Shown here: positions 1 to 12,221 of the stretch, in pieces
Layout: every line of letters begins with the position of its first letter
How positions within the stretch are numbered: position 1 is the stretch's first letter
Notes under the pieces: generated by a model
Database searches by the model: none
Seen by the model: the letters and a program-made list of their open reading frames with translations, nothing else
What the model was told of the DNA's origin: nothing
Assembly (NCBI GenBank): GCA_029717555.1
Contig: JAMDHS010000008.1
Location: 124,001-188,000 of the forward strand
Source: Peribolospora baueri
Lineage: Eukaryota
Direction of reading: 5' to 3'
Length of the DNA: 64,000 nucleotides
Program-made: the position numbers and the translations under genes

Positions 1-2908
1 GACCAGCACCTTGATTTAGATGCAGGCAAGGAAGCCGAAGCTGAAAAGAAGAAGAGGCCAGACGCAGGAGGAGGAGAAAGGGACCGGAAGCGGCTCCGTC
101 TGGACTCTGTCACCGTCGAGGACCCCGTGGCTCGCTCGTCCCACGGCGGTTGCGCATCCTCTCGTTCTGCTGTCGATGCCTTGCCCCTTCCCCCGTCCGG
201 CCGCCTTCCTGCGGCCGATTCTGCGACGGTAGCCAGGAGAGCCCTCGAATCCGCCCTCGTCCTCCGGAACGCCTCGCTGGAGCCGCGGAATGCTCGGTTC
301 CTTGCCTCGTCGTCAACGCGGGGCTTTCATAGCCTCGTCAAGGACGTGCTCAGCATCGTGGAGGTGGAACGAGGAGAGGCGATCCGGACCGGTGTGGGCG
401 CGGTGGGGAGGACGACGCCACAGGCGTTGAAGGAGAGGGTGTTTGGCCCTGACGAGGGACGCCGGCCAGGCCAAGGCGGTGCCTCGAGCGACACCGATCG
501 CGTTGAGGCGGCCTCGGTCGGGAAGAATCTGGACGAAGCTCTGTTGCGCGCCATACCGGAAATGAGACTCTACTTCCTTGAGATCCTCGAGGCGATCGGC
601 AGCAAGCTTAGCCTCGTCTCTCGCGCGCCCGCTTTGGCCCACCCTGCGCCAGTGCCTGCGCCGGCGCCTGCTCCTGCCACCGCCGTTCGGCAGGATAAAG
701 CTGCTTTGACGGACAAGGAAAAGGAAAAGGAGAAAGGATCGGCGGACCGAGGGGCTCTGGCGGGGGCGGCACCGACGACGACCGTCAAAGTGGCAGACCC
801 GCTGCTGGCACGCTTGATCGAGTACGCCACTAGCTCGGATAGGGCGGCGAGCTTGGCGGCTGTGAGGAGCTTAGCGGCGCTTGCGGCCAATGAGAGGAAC
901 GAGAGCGTGTTGATCGAAGCCGAGTCTGGCGCTGGCGGGGTCGTCGTCAGTGGGGCTGAGGAGGAGAAGCGTCTCGAGGGGGGGAGTCGTACGATTTCCG
1001 CTCTCCTTCGACACCTTCTTATCCTCCTGCCTCTCCTTCCCTACGATCAAGAGCTCCTCTTTGCCGGGTTGGAATTGCTGTACCAGCTCGTCTCCATCCC
1101 TGCCAACGCCCTCCGTCTCCTCTCTCACCCGGCCTTCCGCACGCTCGTGCGCCCGAGCGTGCGCATGTTAGTAAAAGCCCTCTGGCAGGAGGTCCAATCT
1201 CGCTCGTGGGAGCTCCCGTTTGCCGGCGGGCCCTCGTCGGTCGGACAAGGACGAGCGGGGGAGGGGCAGCACGGGCAGGCTGGCCAGCAGGAGCCAGAGG
1301 AGAAGAGGATACAGTTGACGGAAGAGGAGATGGCGAAGCTGGGCGAGATGCAGGAACCGGAGAGGGCTTTGGAGTGGTGAGTCGTCTGATCGGGAAGGGG
1401 GTTTCATCCTTGTGCGCCGAGTTGACGCTGGAACACGCAATTCACTTGGCACACCGTCTTTCTTTCTCTCCAGGATGCGGGCCGTCTTCGTCTCCTCTGC
1501 CGATGACGCCATCACGCAACTAACGTTTTGGAATGCCTACCGGACAACGTTTGCGCTCAACTCTGTCCGCGCTCCGCTGCTCGCCGCGGCGGACCTGATC
1601 AAGAACGTGACGCGCGTGTTCAGCGGGGCCATGGCCATGGTCGAGCAACAGCCGCCTCAGGCTGGCGCGCCGCCGGGTATGAAGCCGACGCAGCGGTTTG
1701 TGATCAAGGGGATCAAAGTCAGGGATCAGCGAGGTGAGCGGCGGTGGAATCGATTTCACGTGGCCGAGGGTTTGGAGTACATTCGGATGACTTAAAAGCG
1801 GTTCGGTGCTTCGTTCCGCGCAGATCCATATCGCACGTTCAAGTGTCGTTGGCGTGGCTCGTGCGCGTCACGGCAGAACACGTCGGTTGGGGCGTTGGCG
1901 AAGCACGTCCGGGAAGAGCACGTGTACGGGGATGGAGAGGAGGAGGTAGGACGGTGCGGATGGATGCACTGTCCGTACGTTGCGCCTGACGACAAGGACA
2001 AGGACAAGGACAAGGAGGGGAGCGAGGAAGAGCGGACGAAGCGGAGACGGCGTCTGTTGGACCGACATTTCCGGGTGCATCTTCCGCCGCTGGAATCGGA
2101 GAAGGAGGAGGCGGTGGACAAGCCTGCGAACGGCCACGGCGACGGTCGAGGGGCGTCTACGTCGTCGGCGTCGTCGTCATCGTCATCATCGGCTGCGGCG
2201 GCAGCGGCAGCGGAGCGCGATGGCAGACCGTCGAAAAGCGTCAGCGGGCGCGCCAAAGCCAATGGAGCATCTGCGCCGGCGTCGGCGTCTGCGGGGGCCA
2301 AGGACAGTTGCGGCGGAGGCGGAGGGGTCCCTGTCCCTCCGCGTTTCGTCCCTTACGTCCAACAATGGACGCCGATCGACGGTTCGGGCCTTCCAGTCGG
2401 CCCGGCTTTCGCCGCAGCGCTGATCCTTCGGAGTCTGGCGCGGACGCTGGCGGCGAACATTGACCGGGCGGTGCTGCTGGAGGAGCCGTCGTGGGAGGTC
2501 GGGGTTGAGCCGGCTGGAGCGGGCTTGACGAAGGGCAAGGCGGTTGAAGGGAAAGAGGAGGAAGATGGGTGGGAAAGGGAAGAGCGGTTCGGGCTGCCGG
2601 TGCCTCCTGGGTTGCTGGAGCCGTCTCCGGACGAGGGCGGTGGGGAAGGCCGGGGGAAAAGCGGGGTGTCGTCTCTGCCGGCGTCGGGTTCGAACTCGGG
2701 TTCGGGTTCGGGTTCGGATCCAGGAGTGCAAGAAGGTTTACGCGTCGCGCTGGACGCGTTCCGTACGCTCGAACCGGAGATGACAGAGGTGGCGCTGGAG
2801 AACGCGGTGCTGAGCGGGTACGTGCTGGAGGCGATGGGAGAGCTTGGTCTCGGTAGGGGGTTTTCGTCTGCGCTTGCGGTGGGGGGTCGGAAGAAGGGGG
2901 GGGTGTAG
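1..2908 (+). CDS. RSC9: RSC chromatin-remodelling subunit Rsc9-like protein (5' partial; RFX-type winged helix + C2H2-like finger)
   Basis: ORFs 127-1380, 1412-1795 and 1895-2908 join via GT-AG introns 1377-1473 and 1734-1823, giving ALEWMRAVF...ITQLTFWNAYRTTF...AADLIKNVTRVF...RFVIKGIKVR, then FKCRWRGSC...LAKHVREEH; later AALILRSLAR motif, as in fungal Rsc9. Confidence 0.75.
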
Positions 2909-3165
2909 AGGTGTTGCTCTCTTTCTTTCTTCAACTGAAAGTGCGGACGGGCGTTGGCGTTGTAGATGGATTAGCGGGAGACGAGGGCGAGAAGGATTTG
3001 AGATGCAATGCAATCCATGTGGAGCGTCGGTTGCGCACGACCGACGACGACCGACGACCGACGCGAACGAACGAGCGTCTATGTGTTCCTTCCTTCCTTC
3101 CTTACTCGCCGCCGCCGTCGGTAGTCTTGGCGTAGCGCTGACGATCGATCCGTATCCGTCGCATT

Positions 3166-3185
3166 TCTTTTCTTTTCTTTTCTTT

Positions 3186-3244
<59 letters not shown>

Positions 3245-3278
3245 ATTCTTTTACTGTTATTTTCTTTTTTCTTTCTTT
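3166..3278. repeat. (TTTC)n / T-rich microsatellite
   Basis: Long run of tttc units read directly. Confidence 0.95.
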
Positions 3279-4115
3279 CTATCCACACCCCGTTTCGTTC
3301 GCGACCTCAATGCCATACCGCCCTGCCCTCGTTCTGGCCCCCTCCCTGCCTTGAGCGATGAGCCGGCTTGGCTCCGCTTCGCCTTGCCCTCCCTGCCCTC
3401 CTTGCCCGCTCGCTGCCCGGTCTGCTGAGAGAGGCTAGGCTGACTGGAGCGGTACATGTACGGTGTTCGTGGCTGTCGCCGCCGTCGCCGTCGTCGTCGT
3501 CGTCGTCGTCGTGGCCATCGATCCACTCCTCCTCCCCGCGAACTCGTCCCCCCGCCCCGCGTACCCAGTCTCCCCTCCCCCTCGCCTCGCCTCGCTTCGC
3601 TTAGCCGGGCCCAAGCGAGCGGGCGTTCCAGCGTATATACCTGTATACGCGTATACGCGCCCGCGTACTCGGCTACGCGAGTATACGGCGGGTGTATACG
3701 CGCGCGGCGAGGCGGACTAGGACACGGCTGTAATGCGTGGCGGGGCAGATTACAAGGCGGATTACAACGCGGCGGTAAGGGCTCCTTGCTGCGCCGCAGT
3801 CGCCCGCGTGTGTCTTCTGCGAGTGTGACTCGAGGCGGAGGCAGAGGGGCGTGCCGCAGTCGGCGGGAGGGGCGGCGGACCGCCGATGTTGGCGGCCGCT
3901 GAAGACTCAAAACGGGCGGCCGCGGCGTTGTTCTCTTCCACGTCCTCCTCCTCCTCCTCATCACTACCACCACCACCACCGACACCGGCTTCTTCTACTT
4001 CTTCTTCAATACCTCTCAACAATACCGGCGCCGCCACCACTACAGCCTCCTCCACTTACACCCCACTCCGCCATATCTCATCGACTCGACAACCACTTCT
4101 ACACCAGCAGTCAGA

Positions 4116-4133
4116 ATGGCCCGCCTCGCTTAA
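4116..4133 (+). promoter_or_regulatory. CPC1 uORF1 (MARLA*)
   Basis: ATG GCC CGC CTC GCT TAA in the leader of the GCN4/CPC1-type gene. Confidence 0.75.
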
Positions 4134-4347
4134 GCCGCCCACCCCACTCCGCGTCCCCTTACCAATCCGACCTCTACGACCACCTGCTAGGCCTCCTCTC
4201 CGAGCAGTCCTCCCAACAGCGTTCGTCAACCGTTACGGTTTCGAACACTGAGCAAAAGTCTTTTTCCCACGACCACCGCTCCGTGCCCTCTTATCTTACC
4301 CATACGCCCGCGTTGACGCACGTCAACCGACCTTTGCAGTCGCAATC

Positions 4348-4511
4348 ATGGGTGAGTGCCGTCCCTCCCCGCGGCGCCTCGCCTCCCCTCGCTCATTCAT
4401 CCATTCTTTCCTCGTCTCCCAGCTTCCCTCCAACCCCCACCCCGAATCGCCCGCGTGCAAGACCGACGTCAGCTCGCAACAGACCGCTTCTCTTCCTCCC
4501 AACCTTCTTAG
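4348..4511 (+). promoter_or_regulatory. CPC1 uORF2 (spliced, MDRFSSSQPS*; intron 4352-4482)
   Basis: ATG G|GTGAGT ... CAACAG|AC CGC TTC ... TAG; consensus donor immediately after the AUG. Confidence 0.65.
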
Positions 4512-4725
4512 TCTCTTGACCTCTCGAGGCGGCATCTTCCCCTCGCTACAGCATCATCACAACCCGGTTCATCGTCCATACACTCGGCAGACGCACCCCT
4601 CGTTCGTCTCGAACCCCTCCCCTTTTGTGTCCCCCTCGTCCCCTTTCCTCCGGCCTCCCACCACCCCCGTCTCGTTCTCCGTCCCTCCAATAGCCCCGTC
4701 GTACCAACAAGCCATACAAGCAAGG

Positions 4726-5829
4726 ATGACGAACGTCCTCATGGACGCCTCGAGGCGCGTCGTCGATGCCGGTAAGTCATCCCTCAACCGTTCCTTTGAC
4801 ACGGCCTTGGCTGCTCATCGCCCGCCCGCTCTCACCCCGTGCGCGACAGACCTGGCCGACTTCGAACCCACCTCGCCGCTCTTCGGAGCCGGGAGTGTCT
4901 TCGGCGACTCGACCACCACGTCGCCCCTTGACGCCTTTCTCTCGCCTGACTTTGCCGACCCCAGCCCCGCGCTCACCGACGCCTTCGACTTCGAGACGAT
5001 CTCCGACCCGAGTCCGCTCCTCGACACCCCGCTCGAGGACTTCAACTTTACCTTTGGCGCTCCCTCGTCCGGCTCGAGCGATGAGTACGCTCACATGCCC
5101 CTCTTCCCCCCGCCCTCGCCGGCCATCTTCACGCCCTCGTCGAGGTCGCCCCCGTCCACCGGCTTGCTGGGTTCCCACAGGGCCGCCGAGAAAGCCTTTT
5201 CCCCTCGACCTCCCGTCGACGGCGACGAGCTCCTTCGCCAGCTCAACGAGACGGCCGTTCGGCACGCTCGTACCTCCCAGTCTTGCTCGGCCAATGGCGA
5301 ACTCGTGGCCACCGCCAGCCCACTTCTGATCTCGAGCCCTCCGCAGGCCGTCGTTCCGTCGGCCGCCCCGTCGGCTCCGCCCCCTTGCGCTTCCGCCGTC
5401 CTCCCTCCTTTGCCCGCCTCGGCGTCTGCTCCTGGCTCCACCTCGCGTCGCGGCTTCAAGCGCCGACTCGAGCCTGATGACTTGCTCCCCATCGAGGCAC
5501 CTATCCAGAGGCGCAACTACCTCACCCCTTCGGCCACCTCTCGCAAGAACATCAAGGTGGACACCGCCGACGACGGCGATAAGGCCAAGGACGACGGCGC
5601 GGCCATGAACGCGCTCGAGGCCAAGCGTCTTCAGAACACGCTCGCCGCTCGTCGCAGCCGCAAGCGCAAGCTTGAGGAGCTCCGCACGCTCGAGAACGAG
5701 GTCAGCCGGCTCGGCAACGAGGTGGAGGGCTGGCGCACCGAGGCTGAAAGGCTTCGCGCCGTCGCTCAAATGTGGCGTGAGCGTGCCGAGTCGATGGGCT
5801 GGCAGGGCGGCGACGAGGACCCTCTTTAA
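4726..5829 (+). CDS. CPC1: Cross-pathway control bZIP transcription factor (CPC1/CpcA/Gcn4 family)
   Basis: C-terminal basic region KRLQNTLAARRSRKRKLEELRTLENEVSRL, acidic activation region, APIQRRNYLTPSATSRK block, two uORFs upstream; probable in-frame 78-nt intron 4772-4849. Confidence 0.9.
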   Translation: MTNVLMDASRRVVDAGKSSLNRSFDTALAAHRPPALTPCATDLADFEPTSPLFGAGSVFGDSTTTSPLDAFLSPDFADPSPALTDAFDFETISDPSPLLDTPLEDFNFTFGAPSSGSSDEYAHMPLFPPPSPAIFTPSSRSPPSTGLLGSHRAAEKAFSPRPPVDGDELLRQLNETAVRHARTSQSCSANGELVATASPLLISSPPQAVVPSAAPSAPPPCASAVLPPLPASASAPGSTSRRGFKRRLEPDDLLPIEAPIQRRNYLTPSATSRKNIKVDTADDGDKAKDDGAAMNALEAKRLQNTLAARRSRKRKLEELRTLENEVSRLGNEVEGWRTEAERLRAVAQMWRERAESMGWQGGDEDPL

Positions 5830-6444
5830 GCGGCCGTCTCGCTGTCCTCCAGCGCGCCTTCTGTCTTTTTTTTTACCAAAATGGGGCCCCTAGTGGGCAA
5901 TTTTCCCCGGAACCGCTCAGCGGACTTTTTTTTTCCCTTCTTTCTGCTTTACTTTCCCCTCTCGATTCCTTCTCACGGTTTCCCTCTCTCCATGTCCTCT
6001 GAACCCCGAATCATGAAGAAGCACACGTTGTCTGGAGATCATCATGCTCGTAGCCGTAATTGTCTTCTCTTTGCTCGTCTCCCGATTCTGTCGCGTGTTA
6101 TGGTACAGATGAAAATATACGCATTTCGCGACTACCGCTGCGCAGGTCCGTCGCCCCGATAGCCTGGAGCGTGACGGCGTTTGAGAGAGGGAGCAGTCTC
6201 TTCCTGGAAGTCTCAGGCGTTGAAGGGTCACGTGCTGCATACATGAGCTCGTCATTCGTCGGGTTGCCCGCATATCCATACTTGCTCGCGTACAGCATAG
6301 ACATTTTGTCGACGTCGCTGCCCGAACAGGTTCGACTGACCTCCCCCCTTGCCGGTCTTTTTTTTCTTCTTCTTCTTCTTCTCGCTTGCCTCGCACGACG
6401 GAGACGACAGAGGAGCCCAGCCGGCGGATCAGCCGATCAGATCG

Positions 6445-6703
6445 ATGGACTCGATGGACAGTGCGTCGACGTCCGCGCGGGCGCCGGCGACGGCCACTGC
6501 CACGGCTAAAGGCAAAGTTGGCGAGGGCGACGGCAAGGGAAAAGTCAAGATCAACGGCAAGGCCAAGGGCAAGGAGAAGGGAAAGGAGACGGCCATCCGT
6601 GTCCGCACGTCCAGCGACGTCGAGCTCTCTGACAGCCCTCTAAGCCCGCGCCGGACGCGGTGGGATTTGGATCCCAATCGCCCGAAGGAGACGGCCGGCG
6701 CCG

Positions 6704-6734
<31 letters not shown>

Positions 6735-9700
6735 TTCGCTTTTGTCTTGGAAGGGACGGGAACGGGTGCGAGGCGCGCGGCTCCACGACGGCGACGGCGA
6801 CGACGGCGGCGACGGGTGGAAGGAAGAAGAAGAGGAGCAGAGCTGGAGGGATATGGAAGACGATGTGTGGGATGGACATGGACGGGGCGGGGAGGGGACG
6901 CCGTTGGATCAGAGTGAGTTGCATCGCTTCGCTGGTCGCCAGCGCGCTCGGCTTGTTTGGTTGCGGTCTGGCTTGGTTCGAGACGAGATCAGGCGAGATG
7001 AGATGAGAGGCTGAAGGCAGCCCACCCCGCCCACCTCGCCCACCTCCTCGTCGACGGCCGACGGCGGCAGCGATCGACAAGATTGGCATGGGACAATACC
7101 AATGGAGCCTTCTCGTCCTGTCCGGCTTGGGCTGGGCTGCGGATAATGTGAGTGATCTGTCGGTGTGCTCGTGATGCGATCCGTCACCGCCGCCGTCTCG
7201 TTCACCTGTCCCCCCCTCCCTCTCTCTCCCAGATGTGGCTCCAAGGCGTCGCCATCGTGCTCCCCCGCGCCCAGCGTGCGTCCACCGATTCCCCCCTGCG
7301 CCCGTCCGACCGAGTGGACAGATCGATTGGATTGACTCTGCCCTCTCCATCCCCCCTTCCCCTCCCCTCCCGTCGTCGCAGAGCACTTCTCCGTCAGCGA
7401 TCAATACGTCGGCCTCATCTCGTCTTCTACCTTTGCTGGCATGATGATCGGCGCCGTCTTTTGGGGCTCTTGTGAGTGCTCCTGCGCGTCCAAGCCGGGC
7501 GTGGACGGACGAACGGCGTGCTCATCCCCGCCCTCTCAAAGACTCGGACTCGTTCGGTCGCAAGGACGCCTTCAACGGCACGCTCCTCGTCACCACCGTC
7601 TTCGGCTGCCTCGCCGCCTTTGCCAACTCGTTCCCCCTCCTCTGCATCTTGCTCTTTTTCCTCGGCACCGGCGTCGGGGTGCGTCACACGTCGCGCCCGC
7701 TTCTTCCGTCCGTTTCCTCTCCCAATCTCCGACCTGACCTTTTTTTTCGCCTTTTCCACAACCTCGCCTCGCGTTCCCCCCGCAGGGGTCCATGCCCACG
7801 GACGGTACGTGTTCGGACCTCCGTTTCTACCGCAACCACGCGCTCATTTTTCTTCCTCCTCTTCCTCCCCAGGCACGCTATTTCTGGAAAGCTTGCCGAA
7901 ACGGAAACAATACCTCCTCACCGCGCTCTCCTTCTTCTTTTCCATCGGAGCCGTCTTGGCAAGCATCGTCGGCCTCATCCTCATCCCTCGCTACAGCTGT
8001 CCCGAGCTACCTGCCGGTGGAGACTCCCCGCCGCCGCCGAGCTGCGACGTGGAGAAGGAGAACGGCGGGTGGAGGTACACTCTCGGAGCGTTGGGCCTCC
8101 TCGTGCGTCGTTCCTCCCGCTTCCCCTCGTCTCGTCTCGACTCGAATGCCCGTGGGGCTTGCGTGGGCGCGCACCAGCACACTCATCCTCTCAACCTCTT
8201 TTCCCCGCGCTTGTCGCCTCGCCGCTCCCCCACAGACGTTCGTCTTCTTGATCGGACGAGTGCTGTTCTTTCGCCTGCACGAGTCGCCGAAATACCTCGT
8301 GTCCAGGTTAGTGTGGCTGCCCGTTTTCTTTTATTTTTTTCGACCGTTCCTCACCCGTGCCCTTTCGTTTCCTACTCCCTCCACCGGGCACACAGCGGCC
8401 GACCGGCAGAAGCGCGGGACGTTCTCCGCAAGATCGCCGCGTTCAACGGGCAGCCGCTGGCGGTGTCTTTGCAGGACGTGCGAGATGAGCGCGAGGAGGA
8501 AGATGGGCACGACGGCGAAGACGATGCGGGCCAGGATCGCTCTTCCCCTTCGGCCCCGCCAGCGTTGGGGCTCGAACCTGCGCGGCTCAACTCTACGTCT
8601 CGCTTGGCGGGGCAATTCGCCAGCAAGGCCTATCGCTCCGTTCCGACCGAGGACGAGGACGAGTCAGGCCCTCCTGCCGTCCAGAACGTGCAAAACTCGG
8701 ACGAAGGGGAGAGCGACCACTCGACCTTTCCACCTCGCGCCCATCGCCATGCGGAGATCAAGACCCGCTCCGACAACTCGCTCTTTGCCCGATGGCTGGA
8801 GACCCTCCCGGAGCGGTGGCGCTCGCCGGCGGAGGACATTCTGGATCGGTACAGGATCCTGTTCACTCCCGAGTGGTACCGGACCACCGTGCTGGTGTGG
8901 ACCATTTGGACGTTCGTCTCGCTCGGTGAGTGCCGGCAGCCCGTTCGTCGTGTCGTATTCCCACCGCATCTCATCTCATCCCACTAATCTTTCGTTTCCC
9001 CATCCATCGACTTGCATCGATTGTGACCAGCGTACACAATGTTCAACGTCTTCCTCCCCAAATTTCTTGAGGACAGGCTCGGCATGACGGGCGGTGGAAG
9101 GACCGAGGCGCTGCAGGACGTGGCGCTGTACGCCGTTGCCGGCCTCCCTGGCAGCATTGTGGGTTTGCAACGGTTCCTCGTTTTGTCGTCGCCCTCACAC
9201 TTTCCATCTTGTCTTTCCTCCTTGCCGCGTCTCCGTCGCCATCGTCTCTCGCTCGCAGCAGCACTGACGTGCGAACACTTCCTTCCCTTCCCTTCCCTTC
9301 CCTTCCCTTCCCTTCCCTTCCCTGGCCGGGTGACCCGCGCAGTTGGGCGCGTACATCGTCGAGACCCCTCTCGGCCGCACGAAGAGCATGTCCCTCGCCA
9401 CCGCCGTGACGGGCGCGGGCATCCTCCTCTTCAGCACGGTTCAACGGCGAGAGGCCATCGTCGTGGCCAGCATGGGCGTGTCGCTGTCTGCGACGGTCAT
9501 GGTGAGCGAGCGGCGGCCGCTTGCGACGGACGCTCCGTCTCTGTCTCCGCTCACACTCCTCGCCTCCCACCTCTCTGAATTCGCCTCCCCATCCAGTACT
9601 CGGTCATCTACTCCTACGCGCCAGAGGTCTTCGCGACCCACGTCCGCGGCACCGCCTGCGGTACCGCTTCGGCCTTGAGTCGACTGTGAGTGGCAGCGGA

Positions 9701-10039
9701 GCGGCCAATCGTGTCGTGTCGTTTCGTCCAGTCGCTGTAACGACCAATTCTCGGCCCGCGTATCCTGGACCCTATCGTTTATTCCCTCCCTTCCCTTCCC
9801 CTCCCCGCCTACCGACGCTCAGAGCCGGAATCCTAGCCCCGCTGCTAACCGGCCTCCTATTCTCCCTCTCCCCCTCCCTCCCACTATGGCTGAGCGCATG
9901 CACGTTCGCAGCGTCCGCCGCCTGCGCCTGGCTCTTGCCCATCGAGACGAGGGGGGGGACAGTCGGCCGCGGAGCCGGGGGGGTGGGCGACGATGGCAAT
10001 GGCACCGGAACCGGACGGTCGGCCGGGTTCGCTCATTGA
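6445..10039 (+). CDS. MFS transporter, SV2/SVOP-like (many introns)
   Basis: Spliced exons give IDKIGMGQYQWSLLVLSGLGWAADNMWLQG, SDSFGRKDAFNGTL, GGSMPTDGTLFLESLP, GGWRY, LHESPKYL, YAPEVFATHVRGTACG. Confidence 0.85.
9281..9321. repeat. (CCTTC)n pentanucleotide microsatellite inside an MFS intron
   Basis: Direct tandem ccttc units. Confidence 0.95.
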
Positions 10040-10648
10040 GCGCGCCGCGCACCATTTCGACATTTTCTTTCTTTTCTTTCTCTCTCCGCCTCCGCCTCCG
10101 CCTCTCCTCGCATCGTCCGCGGCGCTGCTTTCTCCGGGGACGAGATGAGACGGGAACGAGCGTCGATGGCCGTCCCATCCCCTCCCGATCAGATAGAAGC
10201 CATGCCATGCCATCTCAACGCTCGCTCGCTCGCTCGCTCCCGTCCTGTCCTCCGCTCCGTCCTCCTCACTCCCCTCGCCGAACCTCTCCCATCCCAAAAC
10301 CGTCCAGCCGTCTTCTCCAACCCCGACCCGGTCTCGTCGTCCGATTATCTACGTAGGCCGTCTATATCGCTCATCGGATTCACTTCTGGGAAGGTATGGT
10401 ACGTTAGAACGGCAATGGCAACCAGAACCAGAACCAGCAAAACTAGAAGTAGAGGGGGAGAGGAAGGGGGACGAAAATAGAACGAGATGAGATGGGCTGG
10501 CTCGGTTGTCGCGCATAAGCACGGGCACGGGTATGAGCACGTACACGAGCACGGGCGCGTCGATGATACCGGCATGGCCATCACGTCGGGAAGGACGAGG
10601 AGGATGAGATGAGGAGAGAAAGAAAGACGGCGGCGACCTGCGGGCCGA

Positions 10649-11786
10649 TCAATCCACCTTCCTAGCCCACCGCTTCGGACCCGCGCTCGACGCCGCCGCT
10701 CCCCTCCCTGCCGCCGCTGCGGGCGAGGACACGGGGAAGGTGGCTCTGGTAGGCGTCTGCGAAGGCGATGCGGCGGTCATGCTGATCCTCTTTTCCTCGG
10801 CATCGGTCCAGGCGGCGTTGGTGGATTTGGAGGCGATCGCCGTCGCCGGAGGGTGGCCTTCTGGGGCTCTCCAGTACATGATCATTTGCTATAAAAGGAA
10901 AGGAGGGAGGTGAGCAAAGAAGCGCGTCTACCATCGACGGACAGCTGCGCCAGCACTCACGGCGACGAGGACGGCGTTGAAAGCGGCGGCGAGAGCAAAG
11001 CCGGAGAAGACGAGCATGTCGTCCGTCTCCGTGGCGGTGGTGAAGAGTCTGGCGAGACAGCCAGCAAACTGGTTGAAGACAGCAAAAGCGCTCAACTGGC
11101 CCGTCGACCGGCGCCGGTGGTTCTCCACGATCTGAGGTACCTTGCTGCTGAGCGAGAGAGGCACGCTGGCAGCCTGGAGGAGCTGGAGGGCGGGCTCGGG
11201 GACGAGGGAGGGTTGGAAGAGGACGTAGGCACCGGCGGTGAGGACGAGGGCGGTTCCGAGGACCTGAGGGGCCTTGGAAGAGACGCCTCCGGAGGTGGTG
11301 AGGGGACGGGTGCCGTAGGCGACGATGAGGCAGGTGATGAGCATGTTCTGCACGGTCAGGAAGAGGTTTTCGCCGTACGTGCTGAAGGGGAAGCTGTGTC
11401 GGACGGCGTAGGCGAGGTTAATGGCGTATGCCACCGTCTCGAGGATGTATGCGGGGAGGCTAAGGCCGCGCGCGGAGCCGGCGGAGATGATCTTGAGGAT
11501 CTGAGGCACCTTGAGGATGGAGCCGCCGAGGACGATGCCGAGGCCGAGGCCCTTGGAGAGGGCATACTTGAGGCAGCGTGTGTCGGAGAGGTCAAAGTTG
11601 TAGACGAGAGTGGTGTAGCATTCCTGGGGAGGAGAGAGAGGCCGAGGTGAGCAAGAGAACGGTGGACGAAGAGAGACGAAGCACACGGTACGCTCGCTCG
11701 CTCACCTGGCCGATGAGCTGGATGGCCGGGTCCCTTACGAATGGGGGCAAGGCGCGGGTGATGGACGTGACGGCCGCCTGCGCCAT
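10649..11786 (-). CDS. MPDU1: Mannose-P-dolichol utilization defect 1 protein (Lec35/PQ-loop)
   Basis: CLKYALSKGLGLGIVLGGSILKVPQILKI, PFSTYGE, SKVPQI...STGQLS, GCLARLFTT; two PQ loops; 2 introns. Confidence 0.93.
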
Positions 11787-12221
11787 CGTGAGCGGCGGGA
11801 AACGGGGAGGAAGGGGAAGGGAGGTCGGAGGCGACGAGGCCGAGAGGGGGAAGTGGACAGGCGACGTGGTGGTATGGAGGAGGGAGGCGTGAGGGAGGAA
11901 GGCGGTGGAAGAGGAAGATGTTCGGCTGGAAGACGGCGAAGGTGACGGTGACAGCGACAGCGACGACGGCGATCAGCTGCGGCAAGTCGAGGAGGGTGGC
12001 CCTGGCTCGGCTTGGGCGAGGGTCGCACAGATTTCGTCGTCATCGTCGTCTTCCTCCTCCTCTTTCTTCTTCTCGTCGCCCTCGCCCTCGCCCTCGCTAT
12101 CGCTATCGCCGTCAGCTCCTCACCCCTGTTTAGGCTCTCCACCCGGTCGACCCCGGTTCCTCGCTGCCGTGCTCGCTCCCACGCCCCTAACCCTCGCCCC
12201 GGTAACTCATCGACCAGCATC

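Noticed and set aside
3886..4251. 121-aa ATG ORF upstream of CPC1
   Set aside because: Low-complexity product, and the ATG probably lies upstream of the CT-rich transcription start region, so it is not counted as a uORF
12183..12196. CCCTAACCCT telomere-like motif
   Set aside because: Single isolated copy in a pyrimidine-rich 5' UTR; no telomerase-RNA features
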